A stretch of 64,000 nt of DNA from an uncultured Verrucomicrobiae bacterium (lineage in GTDB: Bacteria > Verrucomicrobiota > Verrucomicrobiia > Limisphaerales > Palsa-1400): assembly GCA_963764165.1 (NCBI GenBank), contig CAVXRD010000001.1:1088001-1152000 (forward strand), written 5' to 3'. Shown here in pieces: positions 55,701 to 64,000 of the stretch (its first letter is position 1; every line of letters starts with the position of its first letter). Under the pieces are notes generated by a model. That model worked only from the letters and a program-made list of their open reading frames with translations, made no database searches and had not been told where the DNA came from. Both the position numbers and the translations under genes were made by a program.

Positions 55701-58700
55701 ATGTTTCCTGTCCCAGAGGGATTTTTATGCAAGCAATGCGTTGCAATTTGATAAATTTCATTAATGGCATCTGCATCAATAGCAGTCGTCATGAGCCACG
55801 TACACCACTCTGGCGCAAGAAAAATACGTCCGAAAAATGCGAAGGTTCCGTTCGCCCCAAGACAGTTTCTATAACCCAAAAGAATGGATTTTAAAGTTCC
55901 AACTGCGTCATTACTATATTCCTGTATGCACTGACGATCTATATCACGTGGCCTTGCACTCCTCCTTGCGTCACCTTCGACTAGAGAAGCCAATCCAACT
56001 TCGTTGTTAAAGAAATTAGTGGCCGATTCGATTGTTGGTGCTGGGAATTCTCCGATATCGCCCTTGTCTAATAGACCTTCATCTGCAAGCCCTTGAGCGA
56101 AAAAGATTCCCCATGAATTCGCGTTAGTCAAGAGCGACCCTAATGGCGACGGGAGATTGTCGATATTCGTTTCACCAATCAAAGACTGGCGCGCAAGCTC
56201 AGCAATATTGGCCATCTGCTCTAAAAAGTCCTGCGTGGACTGCGCGGTAGGCGCAACTGCGTAACTAAAACTTTGCATACCAAAGCCTGAGACGGCGAAT
56301 CCAAACGCATAACTTGCCCCGGGTGAGAGGTTCCTGACAATGAACGTGTTGGTATTTCCATTTTGATCTGTAACAAGGGGAGTCGCCCCCTGTCCGGCGG
56401 CCAGATCAATTGAGTAAGGCTGACTAAGTAATATTGAAGCTGTCAGGTACGGCACGTCTACATTTCCAAGATTTTGTATATACCCATTCCAACTGAACGG
56501 CGATCCAATCCGAGGGAGCAAGTTAACAGTGCCATTAAAGGCCTGAGCCAGAACGGCTGTTGCGGTTTCAATTGTGAGCGCCGAAGCTTGTATCACTGAT
56601 ACACCGGTCGGATTACTTACCTGTATGTCATACTCTCCGTGAATAGCGTTAGTGAAGTTAAATCGAGCCAGCAATGTAGTGCCATTTACAAAAATGTTGC
56701 TGGCCGCAGTATACGTATTTGTCCCGGCGTTTATGCGAACACTTGCGCCCGACTGGAATAGCGCTCCATTAAGGGTAATTGTCACCTGACCGTTGTCTCC
56801 GATATTTACCGGAGTAACGCTGGTTATGGCGAATGGGATAGCTGCCGATGAAAGAACGTAGGACGCGGGTCCATTCGGCACGGAGGTACCACGTACAAGG
56901 ATATAATACCAGCCCGCCTCTGTGGTGGGAACTTGGACCTGCTGATTCGGAGATAATGGATTGTGGAAGACGAAGTCATAATCTCCCAAGTCAGGAACCG
57001 CCCCGTAGCGGACATAAAGCTCGTTGGCGCTGTCTGAGGAGGAGCTGTTCAAAGTGATTTGGACCGTTTGGCCGGCGGGGACGTTGACTTTGTAGTATTG
57101 CTCGACTCCGGTGGATAGCTGGTTGCTGACGGATTGACCCAGCACAAGAATGGGGATGTCCACCGATATGGCGGTTGGGGATGCGGCGACGTTGTTGCTG
57201 AGGTTGGGTTCACGCAGGGTATTCCGCACGTCGGTGCGCACGATGGCATGGTATGAACCGGGCGTGAGGGCGGGCAGCGGGCCAGTCCAACTATCGCCGT
57301 AAGACGCGCCCGGGTTCAAATTGCTGTGGTCGTGTGTCGTGACCAAAATGGCGCTCAAATCCCAAACAGTGTTAGTGGAAAGATAGACGGCGTCCGTCCA
57401 GGTGGCGGGTGCGGTGTTGGTGCTGTCGTTGGTGACTTGCCATGAGATGGTCGCGGTGTCGCCGGGAAGTCCGGTTGATGGGGAAATCGTGACGCCGGAG
57501 GCGGCGAGGTCGGCGGAAGGTGTCAAAGTCACGAACAACGTGGAGGGCGTCATACCGATATTGGCCGCCTCGTTTACGCCGTTAAATAAATCACCGCCGC
57601 TGTCCGCAATAACCTCGATGGAATAAAAGCCCGCCGCGCTGGCGGGCAGCAGCATGGATTGCGAATTGGTGTAAGTTTGCCCGGCGTTCAAGCTGGTCGG
57701 GCGCGGAAACGTTCCCAACTGGACAATGCTTTGGTCCTGATCCTCGCTCTTGACGAGATAAATGGTGTCATACCAGCCCGTCCCGCCGGTCGAGGCTGTC
57801 CCATCGTTCGCCACAATCCAGCTTACAGTAATCGCCTGTCCAGAATAGGCGGTGGCCGGTGCAAAAACGGACGGCACGGTCAAATCCGGGTAAGTGGCGG
57901 GAGTCACTTCGATTGTGCCCGAGCTGACCAAGGCGTTGTTGGTCTGGCCGGTGCATTCCGCCACCGCATTCCCGCTGTCGGTCACGACAACGACGTAGAA
58001 TTTCCCATGGAGCCCGGATGGCAGAGCCGGGTTGATCGTTCCGGTATAGCTGGCATCCGAAGCCAGCGATTTCCCGGGGCTGTATGTTCCCAGCAAAAGA
58101 CTGTTGCTGGCGACAAAGGCGGAGCTGGAGGACAGATAAACCGAGTCGCTCCACGCGCCGGTGGCGGAGCCCGTGCCGGCATTAATGACATTCCATGATA
58201 CAGCGAGCGGCTGGCCTGCGGTGGTGCTCGAAGGGTAATGAATCGAAGCAACTTCCAACTGCGGATACGCGCCCACGCTTACGGACACGAGGTTGGTTGC
58301 GACGATGGGCTGCTGGCCCCGGCAGGCGGCAGTGTCAAAGCGATTGCTCACGTCCGCAATCACATAGACGTAGAAATCTCCCGCGGCGCAGGTGGAAAAT
58401 GCGACATATTGGTTCTGGGTGTAGGCCGATCCCGCGGCCAACCCCTCTGGATTCGGATAGACTCCCATCAAGAAGGCGTTGCTATCGAACGTCGGCACTG
58501 TCGAAACATAGACAGCGTCCACCCACGCCCCTTGGGCGGCGTTCGGGCCCGCATTGGTGACGGTCCATTGGATGGCGAACGGAACGGCGCCCTGGGCTGA
58601 CGTCGGGACGGAAATGGCGGATACCGCCAAGGCCGGATAATTTGTCGCTGTTACTTGGATCGGAGAACTTGAGCGGGCGACGTTGTTGGTTTCACAGGGG

Positions 58701-61700
58701 ATTCCGTTGACGACGTTGCTCACATCGGCCATGACATAGACATAGTATTGTCCTGTCAAACAAATCGGCAGCAGATTGGTTTGCGAATTGGTGTAGGTGG
58801 CGCCGCCAAAGAGATTCCCCGCGTGCTGGCTCAAGCCCAGCAAAATCGCGTTTTCCGGATTGAATTCCGGGCTCTCCGACAGGTAAACAGCGTCTGCCCA
58901 CGGAGCATTCGTGGTGGCGCTTGAGGAATCCGTCACAGCCCACGAAACCACCAGCGGTTCTCCCGCCTTGGCGGTGGCGGGGGCATCGACGAAAGATACC
59001 AGCAATCGGGCGTCCGCGTTCGGCAAAATGGTGAGTGGGCTGCCGGAAATGCCGACTTGGTTCGTTGCCGTGCCCTCATTCACCTGATCGCCGCTGTCCG
59101 CCTGGACCAAGACGTAAAATGAGCCGGCCGGGCAAGCAGGAAGAGTCACGGTCGAGGTCTGGCTGTAGGAAGCACCAGGCGCGAGCGCGCCATTGTGCGC
59201 CACCGATCCAACCAGCGTGGCTTGCGCGAGAGCCAGACTTGCGGTTGGCGAGAGATAAACACTGTCGCTCCAGGACGTGGCGCTTGTTGTGCCCGCGCCA
59301 TTATTTTGGACAGACCATGAAACGGTGATGGGCGCGCCTTGAACGGCGGTGCCCGGAGGGCCCACCTGCGTCACAACAAGACCGGCAGGCTGCGGAACGG
59401 TTAGAACGGTCGGATTGGTGGCTGCCAATACGTTGTTTGACAGCGTGAATTCGGTTATATTGCTGCCCGCATTCGCCACAACGACAATGTAGCTGGTTCC
59501 AATAATATCTGTCGGCAGGGTCACTGGCATCGAATTGGTGTAACTCGCGTCCAGCGCCAACGTTCCCCAATGCCCAAATGTGCCTAGAAGCATGCTCGAC
59601 GCAGCGTTGAAGTTGGAGCTAAGCGAGAGATACACGGAGTCATACCAGTAGCTGCCGGAGGTCTGATTAATGCCTTCGTTTTCGACAGTCCAGGAAACAT
59701 GAATCGACTGGCCAATAACGCCCGTGGCTGGCGCGGTCACACTCGTCGTAACAAGGTCTGATTGCGGTGGGGCGATGATGTCCAGCGCGGCGGCCATTTC
59801 GTCGCGCCCGACATCGCCCGACCCGGCGCGGAAATGGATGTCCACCGCAGGGACGACAAACCAAGTGCCCACGACGCTGGAGCCGCCCACCGATTGCGGC
59901 AGCGTAAATTGCCCGGTGTTGGTGTAGAACGCGCCGGGCGCGAGCGGTCCGGTGAACGTAATGTCGTCCTCATAGGCATAATCCGCCGTCACTCCGTTGA
60001 CAAAATTGGAGACCGACGACAGCGTGATTTGATCATCCCAGCTTCCAGTGATCGGGCTCTGGCCAATGTTTTGCACGACGTAAGTGCAAGTGATCTCCGC
60101 GCCGGGCCACGTCAGGGAAGGAGGCGCCGGCGCCACTTCCACCGAAACCACGTGAAAAAATCCGGCCGTGACTTCCTGAATGCTGATCGGGCTCGCCGTG
60201 GCGCCGATGTTGTTCGTTTCGTTTTCCTCAAACAGCGCGCCGGTGGAATTGGCTTGAACAACAAAATACAATGATCCGCCTACGCCCACAGGAAGATTGA
60301 CCGTGGCGACCTGTTCATAGCAATCGCCAACGGCCAGGTAGCTCGGATTGGCGAAAACGCCATAGTCGGCGACGGCATTGCCAGTGTTTGCTGTAGAAGA
60401 CAAATAGAGGTGATCGTACCAAAGCGGCACGTCCGTATCGCCATGGCCATTATTGCAAACGGTCCAATGAACTTCGACGGTCTGCCCCCCTACTCCGCTC
60501 CCGGGAGCAGTTACCGAGCTGACCACCAAATCGGGCAAAGGCGGATAAATCAAACTGATTGGCACCGCGAGGGTATCGTTTGTTTCAATCGCCTGCGCCA
60601 CGATGTTCTGGCTATCGGCAACGACTACCACGTAATAGCTTCCCGGAGTCAATCCGGTCGCTTGGGAAACGCTGACCGAGGCTGTGTTTGTGTAACTCTG
60701 GCCGGCGCCAAGAACGGATGGCGCGGGCGCCGAGGCCAGAATCTGCGCGCCAGCAAGATTCGTAGGATTGCCGGAGAGCAGGACTTCATCATTCCATAGA
60801 TTTGAAGCGGCGGCCCCTCCCATGTTTGTCACCGCCCACGTAACAGGAAAAGCTTGTCCAAACTGGGCGGTTGAAACCGCGCTCACGTCCTTGAGGACAA
60901 GGTTGGGAACATTTCCAGGCGGCCATGGCACAACGGGCGTTGCCGTGCCACTCAGCTCAACGCGCAAAGCCGTCGGGCCTCCACTATTGTTGACAACAAA
61001 CTCAATCGTGTTTAAGCCAGCGACAAACCCGTTTGTGATGCTGAAAGGATACCACTGGCTGAAATCGTTGGCCGTCATGCCGGTATTCTGCCCGTTGATC
61101 AAAATCTCCACTCCCTGGTTATCAGTGGACCAGGTTCCGAAGATCGCTGCGGAATTTGGATCGTAAATGGAGAGATCAAAAGCCATTTGGTATGTAAAAT
61201 TTCCGCCCGCGGAAGAACCGCCAAATGCGCTATCCGCGGGCCCGATCCACGCTGAGCTTGCCGTGTTGCCTTCAAAATAATTATAGGGCACGTCCTCGAA
61301 GACATAAGCCGCCGGGCCGGGCGAGCCTGGATCTGCGCTGTTGATAAGCGTGTAATGAGGATCAATGTATCCACCGGGCAGCGACACTCCGTTATCGGCA
61401 ATCCCGGAGTTAAAGACCTGGAAAGGAGCCTGAACGAGAACGAGCCGCACGTTCGTAACCGAATTTCCCAATCCATCCGTTGCGACGTAGGTGATGTTAT
61501 ACGATCCCAGCGCACCCGTATTCACAGCGCCACTGGCGATCACACTGAGGCTGCCGCAAAGGTTGCTCGCCGTTGCGCCAGGGTCGGCGAACGAAGATCC
61601 CAATGGAATGCGCATCGGGTTCAATCCTTGAATGGCAATCACCGGCGAGCTGTCGTTGGCGGCGCTCAGCGTGGCGATCTGGCTGGTCACGCTTCCAAAA

Positions 61701-64000
61701 CTGTTTTCAATCCGCACCGCATATGCGCCCGCATCCGCGAGAACTACATTGCTGAAAACAAGCGAGGCGGTCGCCGATTGGCCAATCAGGGAGTTGTTCG
61801 TTACCAGCGATGTCCCTTTATACCACTGAAACGCAAAAGGCGCAGAGCCCGCGACTCCCACCGTGAACACAGCGGAACCACCGCAGCCAACCGTCTGGCT
61901 CATTGGCTGCAGTGAGATGCTGGGCGCCAGGCCAACCTGCAAAACCGCGACCGAACTAGTAATCGAACCGAGGCTGTTCGAGACGATGACCCAGTAGGCG
62001 CCGTCGTCGAGAGTCGATACGTTAAAAAGCGTCAGTGCATTGGTGCTGGAGCCTGACACATGCCCTGAATCCGCCAAATTCGTGCCATTCTCGAGCCATT
62101 GGTAGGCAAATGGAGGCAAGCCGCCCGCCGAAATCGCAAACGTCACATTGGTTCCGACAACCGCGAACTGGTTTGTCGGTTGCACCAATATTACCGGCAA
62201 CAGCGTGCATTTGCCCCCGCTTCCAGCATTGAAGATGTTGGCCACTTCGACTCCAGCCAACGCGCGATTGTAATACGCCACGTCGTCGATGATTCCATTG
62301 AAAGAAAACCAGCCCTGAATGCCTCCTGGCCATGGCGGTCCGGTAAAATAGAAGAAATATGGCGAGCCCTCGGTATAGCCGGTGCCCAGTTGATAATAAT
62401 ACGTCTGCGCATACGCATTTTGAACAAACGGCATGCTTCCCACCAGCAGTCCGTCCAGATAGAGAGACTCCACGCTTCCGTCATAAGTCATCGCGACGTG
62501 ATGGAAACGCCCGTCGTTCACCGGAACACCGCCAATGATCTGGTCCCTGTTGCCGTCCCAAAACATCTCGCCGTAAAATCTTCCATCAGTCCCCACGTAG
62601 AGAAGCGGGACCCAGCCCGATGGGGAGCCGAATGCGGGGGAGTTCTGCTGTCCGAGAATGACGCCGTCGGTAGTGGTTTCGAACCACAATTCCAGGGAAA
62701 ATGCCTGATCTCCGACGCCGTTTGTCGGGAATGGGAACATATTGTCAGGGAGCTGCACGTAATTGCTGACTCCGTCAAACAAAAACCCCTGCCCAATCTC
62801 CGCGCTGGCGTAGCTCGCTCCGTTGACCCAAAGGCCATTATTCTTACCCACGATGTCAAACGCATTGCCGTTGGCTGGATACCAACTGGCAATTCCAGAA
62901 GGAGCCTCGACGCACTGCAATGCATCTTCCACGACGACCGTGCGATTGGTGCGCACTGCCACGCCGCTGGGATTTGTCGCGGAATAGGTCAGCGTGTAGA
63001 CCCCAGGGACATTTGAAATGCTCCCGCTCACGGAAATCTGGAGCGTGCCCGCGCACGCGTCACTCGCGGCGGCAAACGGATCAATAAATATGGATCCAGT
63101 CAATAACTGGAACGGGTTCGCTCCGAAAAGAGTGATGGCTGGCTGATCCGAATCCACCACATTCAATGTTGCGACTTTGCTCGTGACCACGCCGAAGAAA
63201 TTGGATGCAACAAGCGTGTAGCTTCCCGAGTCCGAAAGTTGTGGGCTGGTCAAAGCCAGCGAAGGCGTTGCCGCCCCGGAAAGCGTCATAGTGTTCGTCA
63301 ACGGCATTCCATTGAAGCACCATTGAAACCCAATTGTGCCGGACCCGTTGGCGCCCGAGTTGAACGTCACTAACGCACCGCACCCGGCAGTTTGACTCAC
63401 CGGCTGTTCCGTGATGGAAGCCGGCACGCCGACGGAAAGAATCGCGGGGGCGCTCGTGACGGAGCCAAACGCATTCGCCACGATGAAGGAGTAACTGCCT
63501 GCATCTGCGGCGGTGACGCTGGATATGACCAGAGCCTGGCCGGCCACGCCGGAGACATGGCTGTTGTTGACAAGATTTGTTCCATCCAACTGCCATTGCA
63601 CTGTCAGTGGCGTCTGGCCTCCGGCGAGCGCCGTGAATACCGCGTTGGACCCGATTGGGACAAACAGGTTGGTGGGAGGAACAAGCACAATGGGATTGAC
63701 CACGCACTTTCCCGCCGCGGATGCATTGTAAATGGTCGCCACCTCGGATTGGCTGAGCGCCCGCTGGTAAATGGCAATCTCATCCAGCTCTCCATTGAAG
63801 TCGTAGACGCCCGCATTCGTCGCGGCGGTTCCAAAGAAAATCGGCCCCGCCCCGTAATCAGGCGCAAATCCCACGTAGATCTGCCCTTCAAGCTCGCCGT
63901 TCACATACAAACTTGCCGTGCTTCCATCGTAGGTCGCCGCAACGTGATAATACTGGCCTGGGCTGATGAGCGTCGAGGATTGGACGCCAACGGCGCCGGA
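52742..64000 (-). CDS. Giant surface/adhesin-like protein (>3,750 aa, 5' end outside the window): LamG, Ig, DUF5011-like, about 10 CARDB-like repeats, PPC/IPT, SxDPN domain, FN3, C-terminal beta-rich domain
   Basis: Frame open through 64000. Repeats seen: HHVAMTYDG (LamG), YQW...DAGxY (Ig), FxDPGATA, and DLxV...W.V.N.G...W.D.VYLS. Confidence 0.9.
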   Translation of the reverse strand, partial: SGAVGVQSSTLISPGQYYHVAATYDGSTASLYVNGELEGQIYVGFAPDYGAGPIFFGTAATNAGVYDFNGELDEIAIYQRALSQSEVATIYNASAAGKCVVNPIVLVPPTNLFVPIGSNAVFTALAGGQTPLTVQWQLDGTNLVNNSHVSGVAGQALVISSVTAADAGSYSFIVANAFGSVTSAPAILSVGVPASITEQPVSQTAGCGALVTFNSGANGSGTIGFQWCFNGMPLTNTMTLSGAATPSLALTSPQLSDSGSYTLVASNFFGVVTSKVATLNVVDSDQPAITLFGANPFQLLTGSIFIDPFAAASDACAGTLQISVSGSISNVPGVYTLTYSATNPSGVAVRTNRTVVVEDALQCVEAPSGIASWYPANGNAFDIVGKNNGLWVNGASYASAEIGQGFLFDGVSNYVQLPDNMFPFPTNGVGDQAFSLELWFETTTDGVILGQQNSPAFGSPSGWVPLLYVGTDGRFYGEMFWDGNRDQIIGGVPVNDGRFHHVAMTYDGSVESLYLDGLLVGSMPFVQNAYAQTYYYQLGTGYTEGSPYFFYFTGPPWPGGIQGWFSFNGIIDDVAYYNRALAGVEVANIFNAGSGGKCTLLPVILVQPTNQFAVVGTNVTFAISAGGLPPFAYQWLENGTNLADSGHVSGSSTNALTLFNVSTLDDGAYWVIVSNSLGSITSSVAVLQVGLAPSISLQPMSQTVGCGGSAVFTVGVAGSAPFAFQWYKGTSLVTNNSLIGQSATASLVFSNVVLADAGAYAVRIENSFGSVTSQIATLSAANDSSPVIAIQGLNPMRIPLGSSFADPGATASNLCGSLSVIASGAVNTGALGSYNITYVATDGLGNSVTNVRLVLVQAPFQVFNSGIADNGVSLPGGYIDPHYTLINSADPGSPGPAAYVFEDVPYNYFEGNTASSAWIGPADSAFGGSSAGGNFTYQMAFDLSIYDPNSAAIFGTWSTDNQGVEILINGQNTGMTANDFSQWYPFSITNGFVAGLNTIEFVVNNSGGPTALRVELSGTATPVVPWPPGNVPNLVLKDVSAVSTAQFGQAFPVTWAVTNMGGAAASNLWNDEVLLSGNPTNLAGAQILASAPAPSVLGAGQSYTNTASVSVSQATGLTPGSYYVVVVADSQNIVAQAIETNDTLAVPISLIYPPLPDLVVSSVTAPGSGVGGQTVEVHWTVCNNGHGDTDVPLWYDHLYLSSTANTGNAVADYGVFANPSYLAVGDCYEQVATVNLPVGVGGSLYFVVQANSTGALFEENETNNIGATASPISIQEVTAGFFHVVSVEVAPAPPSLTWPGAEITCTYVVQNIGQSPITGSWDDQITLSSVSNFVNGVTADYAYEDDITFTGPLAPGAFYTNTGQFTLPQSVGGSSVVGTWFVVPAVDIHFRAGSGDVGRDEMAAALDIIAPPQSDLVTTSVTAPATGVIGQSIHVSWTVENEGINQTSGSYWYDSVYLSLSSNFNAASSMLLGTFGHWGTLALDASYTNSMPVTLPTDIIGTSYIVVVANAGSNITEFTLSNNVLAATNPTVLTVPQPAGLVVTQVGPPGTAVQGAPITVSWSVQNNGAGTTSATSWSDSVYLSPTASLALAQATLVGSVAHNGALAPGASYSQTSTVTLPACPAGSFYVLVQADSGDQVNEGTATNQVGISGSPLTILPNADARLLVSFVDAPATAKAGEPLVVSWAVTDSSSATTNAPWADAVYLSESPEFNPENAILLGLSQHAGNLFGGATYTNSQTNLLPICLTGQYYVYVMADVSNVVNGIPCETNNVARSSSPIQVTATNYPALAVSAISVPTSAQGAVPFAIQWTVTNAGPNAAQGAWVDAVYVSTVPTFDSNAFLMGVYPNPEGLAAGSAYTQNQYVAFSTCAAGDFYVYVIADVSNRFDTAACRGQQPIVATNLVSVSVGAYPQLEVASIHYPSSTTAGQPLAVSWNVINAGTGSATGAWSDSVYLSSSSAFVASNSLLLGTYSPGKSLASDASYTGTINPALPSGLHGKFYVVVVTDSGNAVAECTGQTNNALVSSGTIEVTPATYPDLTVPSVFAPATAYSGQAITVSWIVANDGTASTGGTGWYDTIYLVKSEDQDQSIVQLGTFPRPTSLNAGQTYTNSQSMLLPASAAGFYSIEVIADSGGDLFNGVNEAANIGMTPSTLFVTLTPSADLAASGVTISPSTGLPGDTATISWQVTNDSTNTAPATWTDAVYLSTNTVWDLSAILVTTHDHSNLNPGASYGDSWTGPLPALTPGSYHAIVRTDVRNTLREPNLSNNVAASPTAISVDIPILVLGQSVSNQLSTGVEQYYKVNVPAGQTVQITLNSSSSDSANELYVRYGAVPDLGDYDFVFHNPLSPNQQVQVPTTEAGWYYILVRGTSVPNGPASYVLSSAAIPFAITSVTPVNIGDNGQVTITLNGALFQSGASVRINAGTNTYTAASNIFVNGTTLLARFNFTNAIHGEYDIQVSNPTGVSVIQASALTIETATAVLAQAFNGTVNLLPRIGSPFSWNGYIQNLGNVDVPYLTASILLSQPYSIDLAAGQGATPLVTDQNGNTNTFIVRNLSPGASYAFGFAVSGFGMQSFSYAVAPTAQSTQDFLEQMANIAELARQSLIGETNIDNLPSPLGSLLTNANSWGIFFAQGLADEGLLDKGDIGEFPAPTIESATNFFNNEVGLASLVEGDARRSARPRDIDRQCIQEYSNDAVGTLKSILLGYRNCLGANGTFAFFGRIFLAPEWCTWLMTTAIDADAINEIYQIATHCLHKNPSGTGNMNPVSASDPNAMTGPAGYSTAAFVSVQEPLVYTIYFANETNASAFARQVSISDKMDQNFDIRSFRVGEIAFGSTVITVPTNTAVYQTRVPLPAPNPTNVVADVTVGVDIENRQVFWTVNAIDLNTGSLVANSQEGILPPDNTNQIGEGHVIYTILPKAGTPTGSIVTNQAVIVFDSNEPIPTNPTTNTVDGVPPTSSVTPLASVQLDTNFTVSWFGSDDPGGSGVFDYDVYVSDNAGPWQIWQGGTTLNSATYNGQPGHSYDFYSVARDNAQNLEAAPASYQASTYVLATGQLYILGQPTSQTVLTGQNATFSAGVTGANPISYQWSFDDSAIPGATNAALVLTNVQSKNLGSYSVTVSNSSGAMTSAEAILSLAVPLAIKTQPVNKLKQYDGSEVSFSVTALGTPPLGYQWQKNGIYLTNGAEFAGSTTSNLIIDPLFANDAGSYSVVVTNPYGTITSSNALLTTLPDRTAPGVAISSPAAGARVASSTISGTASDNVQVARVQYWMTNINNGSVVTNEGQAVLAGSATKKTWTITNATLAGSNFLAVQSWDFSSNHSPVESRHFFYKVPSALSLTKGGNGNGTLKGKAAIAGDTVPAEGAKLNIGEGYSLTATPDAHSLFSNWTGSVKSTSASTLDFIMEPGLAIEANFVTNLFLGAAGTYNGLFFVSNDVTASTAGMLSAFKVGTKGGYSGKLLLDGSNYNLSGAFDVGGHAATNVPRAAKYGGALGLDLSLDWNVAPSQLIGTVTGTNGGLWVADLSARLAATKSPSAEYTMLIPPASTATNGPPGNGYALITNKSGSVTLSGMLADGTSFSQAVPISSAGDMPIYSSIYNKSGLLLGWVTLSNGEPQGQLTWVKPASRLAAMYPDGFTNIVLVLGSEWTNRPAHVAPIPFVDGSLTISGGNLTTPLKYSVTVGNTGAVVAVGPNSTGFVSGQINPKTGALTVKFRDGTTTVTGLGAVLQNATNAAGYFTNKTSAGAIILTP

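Overview
The window looks like a Verrucomicrobia-type (PVC) genome, inferred from gene content and repeat families rather than proven. It has two parts. (1) Positions 1 to about 15,243 are a visibly lower-GC integrative defence island. Its right end lies in the anticodon loop of a tRNA-Pro(TGG) gene, of which only the 5' half is present; a 12-bp tandem repeat, an excisionase and an XRE regulator sit next to it. The island carries a large serine recombinase-ParB-ParB module, preceded by a catalytically dead copy of the recombinase N-terminal domain. It carries a four-gene ubiquitin-like conjugation operon (triple Ubl, Cys-free E2-like, JAB, E1; Bub-like), divergent from a CapH/CapP-like HTH plus metallopeptidase pair followed by exonuclease I. 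It also carries a qatABC operon in which the usual TatD nuclease gene qatD is replaced by an ASCH protein ending in a beta-clamp-binding-like motif. (2) Positions from about 15,300 to 64,000 are mostly core genome: ispH, xseA, ymdB, a glycosyltransferase and flippase, a frameshifted M20 peptidase, dinB, an MFS gene behind a leader-peptide attenuator, a type III PKS-methyltransferase-flavin oxidoreductase cluster, PAS/hybrid kinase signalling genes, proA, thrH, a shortened uvrA and a WYL gene. The window ends inside a >3,700-aa surface protein with a low-GC, Cys-rich internal cassette. All product calls come from motif recognition; no database searches were run.
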